In this document: positions 9,342-18,637 of the stretch, piece by piece
How the letters are laid out: each line of letters starts with the position of its first letter
Numbering within the stretch: the stretch's first letter is position 1
Assembly (NCBI GenBank): GCA_964596525.1
Contig: CAZQUL010000001.1
Span: 806,509-870,508, forward strand
Length of the DNA stretch: 64,000 nt
Reading direction: 5' to 3'
DNA from: an uncultured Gammaproteobacteria bacterium
GTDB lineage: Bacteria > Patescibacteriota > Patescibacteriia > Magasanikbacterales > GWA2-37-8
Program-made: the position numbers and the translations under genes
The notes under the pieces: model-generated
What the model was told of the DNA's origin: nothing
The model's input: the letters and a program-made list of their open reading frames with translations, nothing else
Databases searched by the model: none

Positions 9342-10259
9342 ATGAACGGATGGTGGTTTATTATCCCCGCAGTTTTTTCCGGCGCTTCCCTCATCGTGGT
9401 GGTGGTTGTTATCATTCGCAAATTTCCGCAAGCCGCCTTGCTTGACGTTAACCACTTACCCGAAGAATGGCAGGCGCAGCGCAAAAAAGAAATCCTGGCC
9501 CGCCGCATGGCCGAAGAGGGGAAAGAACAACTCGAAAAACTCAGCCGGCGCCTGTCGCCGCTTAAACGTTTGTGGGCCAAAACCCAGTTCTTTTTCCGTG
9601 TCTACGTAGGCCGTGTTAATCGTATGTGGGCCGAAGAGCGTTCACGTGAACTAGGCGATGGTCCGGTAGCGTTGCGTGCTTTGGAGCGCAAACGCAAAGT
9701 TGCCGAACTTGTCAAAGAAGCCTACGAACACATGCGCGTCGAAAAGTATGACTTGGCGGAAGGGCTTTTTATCGCTGCTATCAAAATTGATCCGCGTAAC
9801 GTGGAAGCATACCGCGGTTTGGGTGAAACGTACGTTGCTAAACAGTCGTTTGCCGAAGCTCGTGAAACATTCCGCTTTTTGCTTAAACTTACCCCAGACG
9901 ATGATGCGGTTATGGTACGCCTCGCCACCATTGCAGAAGAGCAAGGCGAACTCGACGAAGCGATTGGGTATTACCAGCAGGCTTTGGTGGTTAACGACAC
10001 CCAGGCGGCCCGCTTTTTCCACCTAGCCGAACTTCTTCTTCGGGTCAAGCAGCCGATCGTCGCTAAAGAAGCATTGTTATCCGCAGTTGAGCTCGAAGCC
10101 CGCAATCCTAAATATCTTGACTTGTTGACAGAGGCTGCTATACTATGCAAAGACAAAGAACTTTCTGAACGGGCGCTCAAGGAACTTCGCCTTGTAAACC
10201 CGGACAACCAGAAGCTCGATGTGTTTAAAAGTCGCATTGCGGATCTGGATCGTTCTTAA
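9342..10259 (+). CDS. TPR-repeat protein with N-terminal membrane anchor
   Basis: N-terminal TM helix WWFIIPAVFSGASLIVVVVVII followed by TPR-like repeats (AYRGLGETYVAKQSFAEA...). Confidence 0.7.
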   Translation: MNGWWFIIPAVFSGASLIVVVVVIIRKFPQAALLDVNHLPEEWQAQRKKEILARRMAEEGKEQLEKLSRRLSPLKRLWAKTQFFFRVYVGRVNRMWAEERSRELGDGPVALRALERKRKVAELVKEAYEHMRVEKYDLAEGLFIAAIKIDPRNVEAYRGLGETYVAKQSFAEARETFRFLLKLTPDDDAVMVRLATIAEEQGELDEAIGYYQQALVVNDTQAARFFHLAELLLRVKQPIVAKEALLSAVELEARNPKYLDLLTEAAILCKDKELSERALKELRLVNPDNQKLDVFKSRIADLDRS

Positions 10260-10266
10260 ACGAAGC

Positions 10267-10348
10267 GGATGGGTACCGAAGCGGTCAAACGGGGCTGACT
10301 GTAAATCAGCTGGCTACGCCTTCCAAGGTTCGAATCCTTGCCCATCCA
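10267..10348 (+). tRNA. tRNA-Tyr (GTA), long variable arm
   Basis: Acceptor GGATGGG/CCCATCC, anticodon loop CTGTAAA, T-loop GGTTCGAATCC. Confidence 0.85.
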
Positions 10349-10392
10349 CAATCCCGCCTACGATGCCTGGTGGGAGAGCTCAGGGCTCAACT

Positions 10393-10465
10393 GCCGCCTT
10401 AGCTCAGTTGGTAGAGCAACAGTTTTGTAAACTGTGGGTCCTGGGTTCGAATCCCTGAGGCGGCT
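10393..10465 (+). tRNA. tRNA-Thr (TGT)
   Basis: Acceptor GCCGCCT/AGGCGGC, anticodon loop TTTGTAA, T-loop GGTTCGAATCC. Confidence 0.85.
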
Positions 10466-10474
10466 CGAAAGCAT

Positions 10475-10547
10475 GCCGATGTAGCTCAGTTGGTAGAGCG
10501 CATCCATGGTAAGGATGAGGTCACCAGTTCAATCCTGGTCATCGGCT
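10475..10547 (+). tRNA. tRNA-Thr (GGT)
   Basis: Acceptor GCCGATG/CATCGGC, anticodon stem CATCC/GGATG with loop ATGGTAA, T-loop AGTTCAATCCT. Confidence 0.8.
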
Positions 10548-10600
10548 CAGAAAACGCTGCAGAGAATGCGGTGTTTTTGTTTATGTGGAAAAAATGAGCA

Positions 10601-11374
10601 CTACCAGCCCATGAGGCTTAAATACGCATCAATAATTGCCCCTCCCCCGATCCATGCGATAAATGTCCCCAGGCACAAAAAAGTGCCAAATGGAACGGGT
10701 GTATTATTCGCGGCGCCTTGCCGCAGTTTAAGATATATGCCGTAGATGGCGCCGAGCACGTATGCCAACCACAGGGCAAGAACTATCCGCGGCGAACCTA
10801 GCCATGCACCGAGCATGAGGCCAAGATATATATCCCCACTCCCGATCCAACGGCCACGGGAGAGGAGATATTGGAGAAGGAAAAAACTGGCCGCGCCTCC
10901 TGCACCAATAAGTATCGAAAGGGGTGAAGAGTCAAGTATGAAAGCCTGTAGTAGTGCCAGTGTACCACCGCCCGCAACCAGAATAAGAGGGATGAGATGG
11001 TAAAGCGCATCGTAGAGCGCGATAGCTACCAAAAGAAGTGCAAAGATGAATCCGACGAAAAGCGCGACTGGCGAATACTGTTCGGCAAGTCCAAACCACA
11101 TGCTCAATCCGCCCGCTGCGGCACCGAGCGCTTCCGTTACAGGATACCAGTAGGGGATGGCTGTGCTACACGTACGACAGCGGCCGTGTTGAACAATAAA
11201 ACTAACGAGTGGAATAAGTTCGAACCACCGCAGGGTAGTGTGGCACGACGGACAGGCGCTCCGGGTGCGACCGGCGAGTTCGTGGTGCTCTGAGCGCCAG
11301 AGCCAGACGTTGAGCGCGCTGCCGATGCAGAGTCCAAGTATCGTGGCGAGGGCGATTAAAAAAAATGAGACCAT
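10601..11374 (-). CDS. pilD: prepilin peptidase (type IV leader peptidase, A24 family)
   Basis: CPSC...CRTC zinc tetracysteine, catalytic-region motifs GSGD/GAWLG, and polytopic membrane topology. Confidence 0.85.
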   Translation of the reverse strand: MVSFFLIALATILGLCIGSALNVWLWRSEHHELAGRTRSACPSCHTTLRWFELIPLVSFIVQHGRCRTCSTAIPYWYPVTEALGAAAGGLSMWFGLAEQYSPVALFVGFIFALLLVAIALYDALYHLIPLILVAGGGTLALLQAFILDSSPLSILIGAGGAASFFLLQYLLSRGRWIGSGDIYLGLMLGAWLGSPRIVLALWLAYVLGAIYGIYLKLRQGAANNTPVPFGTFLCLGTFIAWIGGGAIIDAYLSLMGW

Positions 11375-11447
11375 AAGAAATTATTTTATAGTACCACATT
11401 TCATCCGGAAATTTTAAAAGCGATCCTGGGCGGACCGCTCTGCGGTT

Positions 11448-11813
11448 TTACTCTTCTTCGTTTTCTTCCGGCGTATTTTGCGGAGAAATCTCTTTGCGTC
11501 GTACATCGAACGCTTTTTTGATGAAGAAGACGCTGAGCCAGAAGGTAATGATGGTCGTAATTGTTTCCTCGCGCGGATTGATGACGAAGGGTGTGGCCAG
11601 GATAATCCACGTATGGAAGAAAGCAACGATAAGCCCGAGTGAACCGGCAACGAATATCTCGCGTTCCTTGGCGTAGATAGTATATCCGCGCCAGATAAAC
11701 GAACGGTTAGGGTTGTCGTCGAGCCACCAGGTCTTTGCCAGCTTGATTATACTCATGATCCACGCGAAAAGAAGGATGGGGCGAATAACCAGATTAACCA
11801 GTTCGTTTCTCAC
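11448..11813 (-). CDS. membrane protein (hypothetical)
   Basis: Three hydrophobic helices and an acidic C-terminal tail. Confidence 0.5.
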   Translation of the reverse strand: MRNELVNLVIRPILLFAWIMSIIKLAKTWWLDDNPNRSFIWRGYTIYAKEREIFVAGSLGLIVAFFHTWIILATPFVINPREETITTIITFWLSVFFIKKAFDVRRKEISPQNTPEENEEE

Positions 11814-11914
11814 GTTCGCTCCTTTCTGTGGTTTTCATCGTTCGGGTTGGTGCCGAAAAGCTGACCAGGGACCCATCCGATATCTTCAGATGGGCTGTCG
11901 TCGGCTTTTACGCT

Positions 11915-12783
11915 TTAGATGCGTTCAATCCAGTGCTTGTCTACTTCTACTTCTAGTTCCAAATAGATTTTTTTGTTGAGCGCGGCTTCGAGCTCTTTGC
12001 GGGCAGCGATGCCGATTTCTTTGATCGCCCGGCCGCCGGCGCCAATGATCATTTTCTTATACCGCTTATCGTACGTGTAGACGATGGCTTTGATGATGAA
12101 CATTTCCGGTTTTTCTTCTACGCTCTCTACTTCAACGTGTGTGGTATAGGGAACTTCTTTGCGCAAGGCCAAGAAGATTTTTTCGCGGACGATTTCGGCG
12201 ATCCACGATTCTTTTTCGATGTTGGTAAGCTGACCGGGTGGGTAGAGCGGAACACCCTCGGGCGCGAGTTCAAAAAGTTTGGCGATGAGTGGTTGGATGT
12301 GGCGGTTTTCGAGCGCGGAGAGTTCAAATGTAGCGGTAAAGTCGGAGGCGAGAGCGCGGTAGTCCTCAAGGAAGGGTTTTTCTTCGGTTGGAAGATCGGT
12401 TTTATTGATCACCATGATTTTGGGGATGGTGAGCGGGCGCAGGAGCGAAAGCACGTAGCGTTCTTCGGCGCCAATGGATTTGCCTGGGTCACAGACATAA
12501 ACCGCGATTTCAATGTCTTGCATGGCCTCGTGGACGCGTTTCATAAGATCGCCCGAGAGGATTGAGTGGTGCTCTTTAAAAATACCGGGAGTATCGACAA
12601 TGACGAGTTGGCCTTCGGTGTTGTTGATGACGCCGTGGATGATTGAGCGGGTGGTCTGCGGTTTGTCGGTGACGGCGGCGAGTTTAGTGCCAACGAGCGT
12701 ATTTAGGAGTGTGGATTTGCCCACGTTCGAGCGGCCGACGAGGGTAACGACGGCGGATTTAAGGGAGGTGGTCGAGGTAGTCA
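11915..12783 (-). CDS. era: GTPase Era
   Basis: G1 GRSNVGKST, G3 DTPG, G4 NKTD, and a C-terminal KH domain. ORF trimmed to MTTSTTSLK. Confidence 0.85.
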
Positions 12784-12896
12784 TAGAAGAAAAAAGTAAA
12801 GGTACCCTACCTGAGATAGGGCTAAAAGACAAGAGATAGGGCTAAAATTCAAAGGCCGCACGATGTGTGCGGCGCGTTTCCTCCTTGGTGAATGTG

Positions 12897-13265
12897 CTAG
12901 GCGGCCTTGTCGAAGAGCGAGAGGCCGGTCCCGAAAGCGTCGCATAGAATTTTCTCCCACGGACCGAACATATAGAGGCGCAGCTCGGTTCCATCCTGGA
13001 AGATTACCTCCAACTCCTCGTATGTTACCCGCATTTCAAAGTGGGGAATGGTTTTGGTGGCGGAGTAGGCTCTGTTGCTGATCGTCATATCGACGATGAG
13101 CTTGCCCCACTTCCACTCGAACCGCTCACCCTTCTCACGTTCGGTTTCTATCTGTGTCCGTTCTCCCTGCTGCCGGGCCAGATGGCCGGCCGCGGCAAGG
13201 ACTGTCGTGATACGGTGGCGCCTGGTCAGTTGCATGCCGTCGAATGCTTCGGTGTAAGCCGACAT
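12897..13265 (-). CDS. hypothetical protein (about 122 aa)
   Basis: ATG preceded by GGGGGAAC. The ORF-track start lies inside the promoter, so the internal ATG was used. Confidence 0.5.
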   Translation of the reverse strand: MSAYTEAFDGMQLTRRHRITTVLAAAGHLARQQGERTQIETEREKGERFEWKWGKLIVDMTISNRAYSATKTIPHFEMRVTYEELEVIFQDGTELRLYMFGPWEKILCDAFGTGLSLFDKAA

Positions 13266-13305
13266 AGTTCCCCCTGTTTTTTTGAATGTGACAGTGCGAC
13301 AGACC

Positions 13306-13334
13306 AGTCTAGCACAGTTTATCACTATTGTCAA
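13306..13334 (-). promoter_or_regulatory. sigma70-like promoter ATCTTGACAA-N17-TAGACT
   Basis: Minus strand TTGACA, 17-nt spacer, TAGACT, about 40 nt upstream of the 13265 ATG. Confidence 0.5.
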
Positions 13335-13532
13335 GATAACTACGGGAATATTAAGGTATATATGAATTTTAGTTTAAGAAAGGCTTATTTAAGCGATTAA
13401 TTATAATAGTAATAGGTTTTCTTGGAGTAATTTTTTGCTTTTGCGACTAAAAAAGACCTCATGTTTCCACCTGTCCTTCCGTTGCGTTTTGGTATATGAT
13501 ACGGGCGAGTTTAATTTAAAATCTACTTCCGT

Positions 13533-14087
13533 ATGGAAAGAGCTTATGAGAAAGCAAGAGTTGCGGATGTGGCAGCCGAAAGACATCGGGATGAGTGGGG
13601 AAAAAGGCGTGAAGAATTGGTTCGCGCTGCGAAATTTGCTTGTGAAAACGCTGCTTTTTCCTATCGAAATTTTCATGTAGGAGCAGCGGTTCTAGGGTGG
13701 TCTGCAGCTCGTGGAACCTACGATATTGGTGTGGCGGGTAATCTCAAGGAACGCGAAAAAAGTGAGGTTGGCGACGATAAGCGCTGTGCCGAGCGTGGAG
13801 CGATTGACCATATGCTAGCCAAAGCGCCGGATGCTAAAATAGTCGGTATCGTTGTAGTTTCAAAGGAAGTCGGAACCACTCCTGGTTCAGATTTACACAC
13901 CAAGACTCTCCATTGCTGTGAGCAGTGCCGTAGTATGCTGGAGGAGAAAAAGTGTGTTAACAAGCAGGCTCCGATCCTAACGGTAAATCATCGTGGTGAC
14001 GAAGATATGACTGAAGAAATGACGGTTCAGGATATGTTGGATTTATACGACAAAGATAAGCATACCTATAAATCATTGGCGGCATAA
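13533..14087 (+). CDS. cytidine/deoxycytidylate deaminase-like zinc enzyme
   Basis: SYRNFHVGAAV, CAERGAI (C/H-A-E zinc motif) and CCEQC (PCxxC-like) match the CDA fold. There is about a 35-aa N-terminal extension. Confidence 0.65.
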   Translation: MERAYEKARVADVAAERHRDEWGKRREELVRAAKFACENAAFSYRNFHVGAAVLGWSAARGTYDIGVAGNLKEREKSEVGDDKRCAERGAIDHMLAKAPDAKIVGIVVVSKEVGTTPGSDLHTKTLHCCEQCRSMLEEKKCVNKQAPILTVNHRGDEDMTEEMTVQDMLDLYDKDKHTYKSLAA

Positions 14088-14099
14088 TTTTCTATTTCT

Positions 14100-15731
14100 A
14101 TGAAAACTAAATTTATTTTCGTGGTCGGTGGTGTGCTTTCGGGCGTGGGTAAAGGCGTGGCTTCGGCGTCTATCGGGCGCATTCTCAAGAACCGCGGACT
14201 CGAAGTTTCGGCGATCAAGATTGATCCCTACATCAACGTCGATGCCGGCACCATGAACCCGACCGAGCATGGAGAAGTATTTGTCACCGAAGATGCCGAT
14301 GAGGCTGATCAGGACTTGGGCAATTATGAGCGCTTTTTGGATACGAATATCACCTCGGTTAACTACATGACGACTGGCCGCGTGTATCTCTCGGTCATCG
14401 AAGCCGAGCGTAAGATGGCGTATAAGGGAAAGTGTGTCGAAGTGGTACCGCACATTCCTATGGAAGTAGTGGATCGCATCCACAAAGCTGCCAAGTTTAG
14501 CAAAGCCGATGTGATGGTGATTGAAATCGGCGGCACGGTAGGGGAATACCAAAACATCCTTTTCCTCGAAGCGGCGCGCATGATGAAGCTCAAAAACCCC
14601 GACGACGTGCTCTTTGTGCTCGTGAGCTACATGCCCATCCCCGGCCATTTAGGCGAGATGAAAACTAAGCCCACACAAGTTGCAGCCCGCACGCTTAATG
14701 CGAGCGGTATCCAGCCCGACATTATTTTGGCCCGCGGTAAAACCGAACTCGACAAACCGCGCCGCGAAAAACTCGCGCTTTTCTGCGGTTTGCGCTCCGA
14801 AGACGAGGTCATTTCCGCGCCAGATGTGGAAAGCATTTACCTTGTGCCCGAAGTGCTTGAACGCCAGAATTTGAGCAAACTCATTGCTAAAAAACTCAAG
14901 CTTCGTCTCAAGGGCGACAAAAGCGCCGAGTGGAACCAGTTTGTTGGCAAGATGCAGCGGGCGACTAAGCCGCTCAAGATCGCGGTGGTGGGCAAGTATT
15001 TCGGTACTGGTAATTTCACGCTTGCGGATTCGTATATCTCGGTTATCGAAGCTATTAAGCATGCTGCGTGGAGCCAGGGGGCAAAACCGGAATTGGCGTG
15101 GATTGATGCTGAGGATTTCGAAAGCGGCAAGCGCAGTGTTGCCGATCTTAAAGATTTCGCGGCCATTGTAGTGCCGGGAGGATTCGGATCGCGCGGTATT
15201 GAAGGAATCATCAAGGCCATCCGTTTCGCGCGCGAAGAAAAGATTCCGTATCTCGGCTTGTGTTATGGTATGCAGCTTGCTTGTATCGAATTCGTGCGCG
15301 ACGTGCTCGGAAAGAAAACCGCGCATACCGTGGAGGTAGACGCCGACACGGCCGATCCGGTAGTGCATATCAATCCGTTCCAAAAAGATAACGTGCGCCA
15401 CAAGCGTTATGGCGGTACGATGCGCCTGGGTGCGTACCGCTGTACGATTGAAAAGGGGAGTAAGGCGGCCAAGGCATATGGGGAACTTGAAATTTCCGAA
15501 CGCCATCGCCATCGCTACGAATTCAACAACGACTATCGCAGCGCCGTAGAAGAAAAGGGATTGCGCTGCGTGGGCATTAATCCAGAAAGCAATCTCGTGG
15601 AAATCGTCGAGCTTGCGGATCATCCGTATTTCGTCGGTGTGCAGTTTCACCCTGAGTTTAAATCCCGTCCGCTTCATCCGCACCCGTTGTTTGTCGGCCT
15701 TGTTAAAGCCGGAATGAAAGGTAAGGAATAG
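14100..15731 (+). CDS. pyrG: CTP synthase
   Basis: 543 aa. N-terminal synthetase domain and C-terminal glutaminase domain (GLCYGMQLA). Confidence 0.95.
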   Translation: MKTKFIFVVGGVLSGVGKGVASASIGRILKNRGLEVSAIKIDPYINVDAGTMNPTEHGEVFVTEDADEADQDLGNYERFLDTNITSVNYMTTGRVYLSVIEAERKMAYKGKCVEVVPHIPMEVVDRIHKAAKFSKADVMVIEIGGTVGEYQNILFLEAARMMKLKNPDDVLFVLVSYMPIPGHLGEMKTKPTQVAARTLNASGIQPDIILARGKTELDKPRREKLALFCGLRSEDEVISAPDVESIYLVPEVLERQNLSKLIAKKLKLRLKGDKSAEWNQFVGKMQRATKPLKIAVVGKYFGTGNFTLADSYISVIEAIKHAAWSQGAKPELAWIDAEDFESGKRSVADLKDFAAIVVPGGFGSRGIEGIIKAIRFAREEKIPYLGLCYGMQLACIEFVRDVLGKKTAHTVEVDADTADPVVHINPFQKDNVRHKRYGGTMRLGAYRCTIEKGSKAAKAYGELEISERHRHRYEFNNDYRSAVEEKGLRCVGINPESNLVEIVELADHPYFVGVQFHPEFKSRPLHPHPLFVGLVKAGMKGKE

Positions 15732-15786
15732 GAATTGGGAGTTGGTGATTTCTGATGAGACCTTAGTAAGTAAACCTTGCTTTTAG

Positions 15787-15884
15787 CTGTCATTGCGAGC
15801 GCAGCGAAGCAATCCCCTTGATAACAGAGTGAGCTCTGAATTACCTGGGGATTGCTTCGTCGGTATGCTCCTCGCAGTGACATG
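15787..15884. other. long imperfect palindrome / structured element (about 100 nt)
   Basis: Left arm TGTCATTGCGAGC..CGAAGCAATCCCC, 29-nt apical loop, right arm GGGGATTGCTTCG..CCTCGCAGTGACA. A perfect 13-bp inner stem plus an 11-12-bp outer stem separated by an internal loop. Confidence 0.45.
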
Positions 15885-15974
15885 TTTAGTCTTAACCTAA
15901 AAAGCGGAATACAGTATCTAAGTGTAGTATCGACACTTTTTTGATTAATCCGCACTTCGAGATAAAAGGGTGGC

Positions 15975-16003
15975 TTGACACAAAATGAAAAGTCTGGTAT
16001 AAA
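15975..16003 (+). promoter_or_regulatory. sigma70-like promoter TTGACA-N17-TATAAA upstream of the GC-rich island
   Basis: GGCTTGACAcaaaatgaaaagtctggTATAAA, about 200 nt upstream of the 16209 ATG. Confidence 0.45.
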
Positions 16004-16208
16004 AATAAGTCTTTCAGTGTCTGAGCGTTCGTTACAAGGAATGAAGAGAGGTTCATGAACATGGGTCCCACGCTGTTTTTTTGAAGTTTGAGCTTCAAAT
16101 AAGCGGTGTGGGAAGAGGATGGTAGCTTCAATAACAGTTGATGCGCCGCTTTTAACCCATTGTTCACACGACCCCAGTACTGACCCGACCGAGAACAAGG
16201 AGTGTACC

Positions 16209-17111
16209 ATGACCAAGCCCTCGAAGACCCCCGTGAAGCCCGGTAAGACCTCGACCAAGTCCCCGGCTGGCAAGGCCCCCGTGGCCAAGCCCGCCGCCAA
16301 GCCGAGCAAGAAGCCTGCGAAGCCGGTCACCGATGACGATGGCGAAGAGACCGTCTCCAAGGGTACCCTGACCACCGTGCTCAGCGGCATCGCGAACCTG
16401 CTCAAGAAGAAGCCGCAGGACATGGAGCCGGTCGAGCTGCTCGAGGCCTTCTGCGACAAGGCGACCCGCACCCGTGGCCTCGTCGACTGCGCCCGCGCCA
16501 TCTTCGGCGACTCCCCCTGCATCGTCATCAACCGCAACGGCCTGCCCAACAAGAGCAAGACGCTCGCGCGCTACAACGAGGAGAGCAAGCGGCGCGTGTA
16601 CGGCGGGCTCGAGGTCGTCTCGATCGAAGTCGCCCTCGGCAAGATCACCACCCGTAGTCCCTACGACTACCGGATGGAGCTCGACAACGAGGGCATCGAC
16701 GAGGACGGCATCGCCATGCCGGAGAGTTCCGAGGTGCGCGTGTTCATCCGGTTCATGGTCAACCAGCGGATGATGGGCCTCTCCGACGGACAGGTCGACC
16801 CCCAGCGCCGTGACGCCGTGAACCAGGCGGTCGAGAACTACCCCGAGGTGCCCCGCTCCTACGAGCAGGCCAAGATCCTGTTCGAGGGTGCCCGCGATCG
16901 CAACACGCCCGAGTACCGCAAGGCGGTCGAGGATCTCACGGCCGTCACCACGCAGTTCAGCGGCAGCTCGCAGTCCGGCCACGGCCACAACACCGGCTAC
17001 GGCTTCTCGAACACGGGCTACGGCCAGAACGGTGGCTACGCCGGCGACCGCCCGCTCGGCCAGTACAGCGACGGCCCGCGCAGCCCGCGCCGCGACTTCG
17101 GTCGCGACTAG
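16209..17111 (+). CDS. high-GC hypothetical protein with Lys/Ala/Pro-rich N-terminal tail and Gly/Tyr-rich C-terminus
   Basis: ATG preceded by AAGGAG. N-terminus KPSKTPVKPGKTSTKSPAGKAPVAKPAAKPSKKPAKP, C-terminus GHGHNTGYGFSNTGYGQNGGYAGD. GC at third codon positions is near saturation. The ORF-track start at 16119 lies in AT-rich leader DNA and was rejected. Confidence 0.7.
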   Translation: MTKPSKTPVKPGKTSTKSPAGKAPVAKPAAKPSKKPAKPVTDDDGEETVSKGTLTTVLSGIANLLKKKPQDMEPVELLEAFCDKATRTRGLVDCARAIFGDSPCIVINRNGLPNKSKTLARYNEESKRRVYGGLEVVSIEVALGKITTRSPYDYRMELDNEGIDEDGIAMPESSEVRVFIRFMVNQRMMGLSDGQVDPQRRDAVNQAVENYPEVPRSYEQAKILFEGARDRNTPEYRKAVEDLTAVTTQFSGSSQSGHGHNTGYGFSNTGYGQNGGYAGDRPLGQYSDGPRSPRRDFGRD

Positions 17112-17403
17112 AGGCTTCCGGCCTCGCGCGTCGGCGCCGTAACCTTGAGTAGGCGCTAGAGCCGTCCTGTCCAAGGTTTCTCCCTCGTACCTTCCCTCCC
17201 TTCATTCCTCCTGCAGAGATCGTCGCTCCGGTTCCCGGTTGCGGCGGCTCTCTGCCTTTCCCCCAAGAGCTTATGAAGCTCATGAGCACTTGGGTAGAAA
17301 GTTCAATCGTTTTTCTACTACATTGTTCGTTGCCAATCAGTGCTTTTCGCGAAGCTTTTTTTGTTTACGCCGCTTCCACCAACCTGAACGAAAGGAGACG
17401 TCG

Positions 17404-18408
17404 ATGTCCTTCCAGCCCCCGAACCAGCCGCGTGCCTTCGTCTGCCCCGCGCCCCGGAGCGTCGACAACCGCATCTTCGCCCCCGTCATCAAAGCCAATG
17501 GCCTCCTCATGGCCGTGGCCTACCAGCGTGACGGCGAAGCACCCACGCTCGTCAACCTGTTCCGTGAGCCTGGGCGCGACGACGGCCGCATCCTCGTGCC
17601 GCTCCCGCCCGAGGGGGTGAACGTCAGCCTGCTCATCTTCAACCCCACCTCGAGTGCCATCGGCATCCTCGGTGCGGTCGAAGGCGTGTCGATCGTCAAC
17701 CCGAAGCAGGGCGTGTTCGAGCCCACGACCGCCTCCTGCCTGGTCATCAACCCGGGCATGGAAGGCGAAATCGCGGGCTACGTGAACGTCGCGGCGAACG
17801 GCGTGGCAGCGCTCGCGCGATGGAGGCTCCAGCCGGTCGGCTATGGCACCACGGTCGGCGAAGCCACGAAGAAGACCACGGATCTGCGCGGTCAGTGCGA
17901 CCTGTATGTCCGTACCGCCTACCGGGACTTCATGCGCCAGCCCATGGACGACGGCTATATGCGGGATATCGCCTCATCATCCGGCAACCTCGGGTACGAT
18001 CCGGGGCTCGTCGCGGCGCGTCCCTCGCGTCGTGCGGAGGACCTGGATGAGCCGAACTGGGACCATGACAAGCTGCGCAGCCCCAGCAAGGGTACGCGCA
18101 ACGCTCCGGATCGGGGTGGTACCGTACAGGTCGGCATCGGCACCGACGTCACGCAGGAGATTGAGGATCTCCAGCCGGTCTCGTTCTGCCTCGGCGAGAC
18201 AAGCCCGCTCTGCCAGCTCTGGATCGTGGCGCGCTCCGAAGTGCTGCGAAGTTGCATCGAAGGACATCTGGGCCACCGGGCCTGGAACTGGGAGTGTACT
18301 TCCGAGCTGGCCTGGCAGCACCTGAACTCGCTCACCCCGCCGCCTGCCCCGGTCGTCCCCGGCGTGCCCACTGCCCTGAAGGGCTGGGGGTCTGCGCGCC
18401 AGCCCTAG
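17404..18408 (+). CDS. high-GC hypothetical protein (334 aa)
   Basis: ATG preceded by AAAGGAGACG. The composition switches to GC-rich exactly at the start codon. No recognised motif. Confidence 0.65.
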   Translation: MSFQPPNQPRAFVCPAPRSVDNRIFAPVIKANGLLMAVAYQRDGEAPTLVNLFREPGRDDGRILVPLPPEGVNVSLLIFNPTSSAIGILGAVEGVSIVNPKQGVFEPTTASCLVINPGMEGEIAGYVNVAANGVAALARWRLQPVGYGTTVGEATKKTTDLRGQCDLYVRTAYRDFMRQPMDDGYMRDIASSSGNLGYDPGLVAARPSRRAEDLDEPNWDHDKLRSPSKGTRNAPDRGGTVQVGIGTDVTQEIEDLQPVSFCLGETSPLCQLWIVARSEVLRSCIEGHLGHRAWNWECTSELAWQHLNSLTPPPAPVVPGVPTALKGWGSARQP

Positions 18409-18432
18409 CGCGAATCTGAGGCGCGCGCTTTG

Positions 18433-18468
18433 AGCGCCGTTATCCTGTAAAGGAAGCGGCGCTTTTTT
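18433..18468 (+). terminator. candidate rho-independent terminator
   Basis: Stem AGCGCCG/CGGCGCT with a 17-nt loop followed by TTTTTT. Confidence 0.4.
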
Positions 18469-18637
18469 GATAGTAAAGATGATGCAAAAACATTGACTTT
18501 TTTATATATGTACGCTATTCTACGCCGTTAAACTTTCCACCTAGGAATATACTTCGTATTTCTTGGCGGTACGTTTACCGACCCGTTTTTAACGGGATCT
18601 TTCTCTGACAACACAACGCATACGAAGGAGGATTACG

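Noticed and set aside
14649-15683. 344-aa minus-strand ORF
   Set aside because: Antisense to pyrG.
16119-16208. ORF-track start for the first island gene at 16119
   Set aside because: This stretch is AT-rich like leader DNA and its putative RBS has zero spacing. The ATG at 16209 has AAGGAG at 6 nt and coincides with the GC switch.
16164-17174. 336-aa minus-strand ORF and several other long ORFs (16474..16773, 16888..17142, 17843..18325, 17955..18371) inside the GC-rich island
   Set aside because: Typical shadow ORFs created by high GC and low stop-codon frequency. They lack RBSs, overlap the better-supported plus-strand genes, and have repetitive Ala/Arg/Pro composition.
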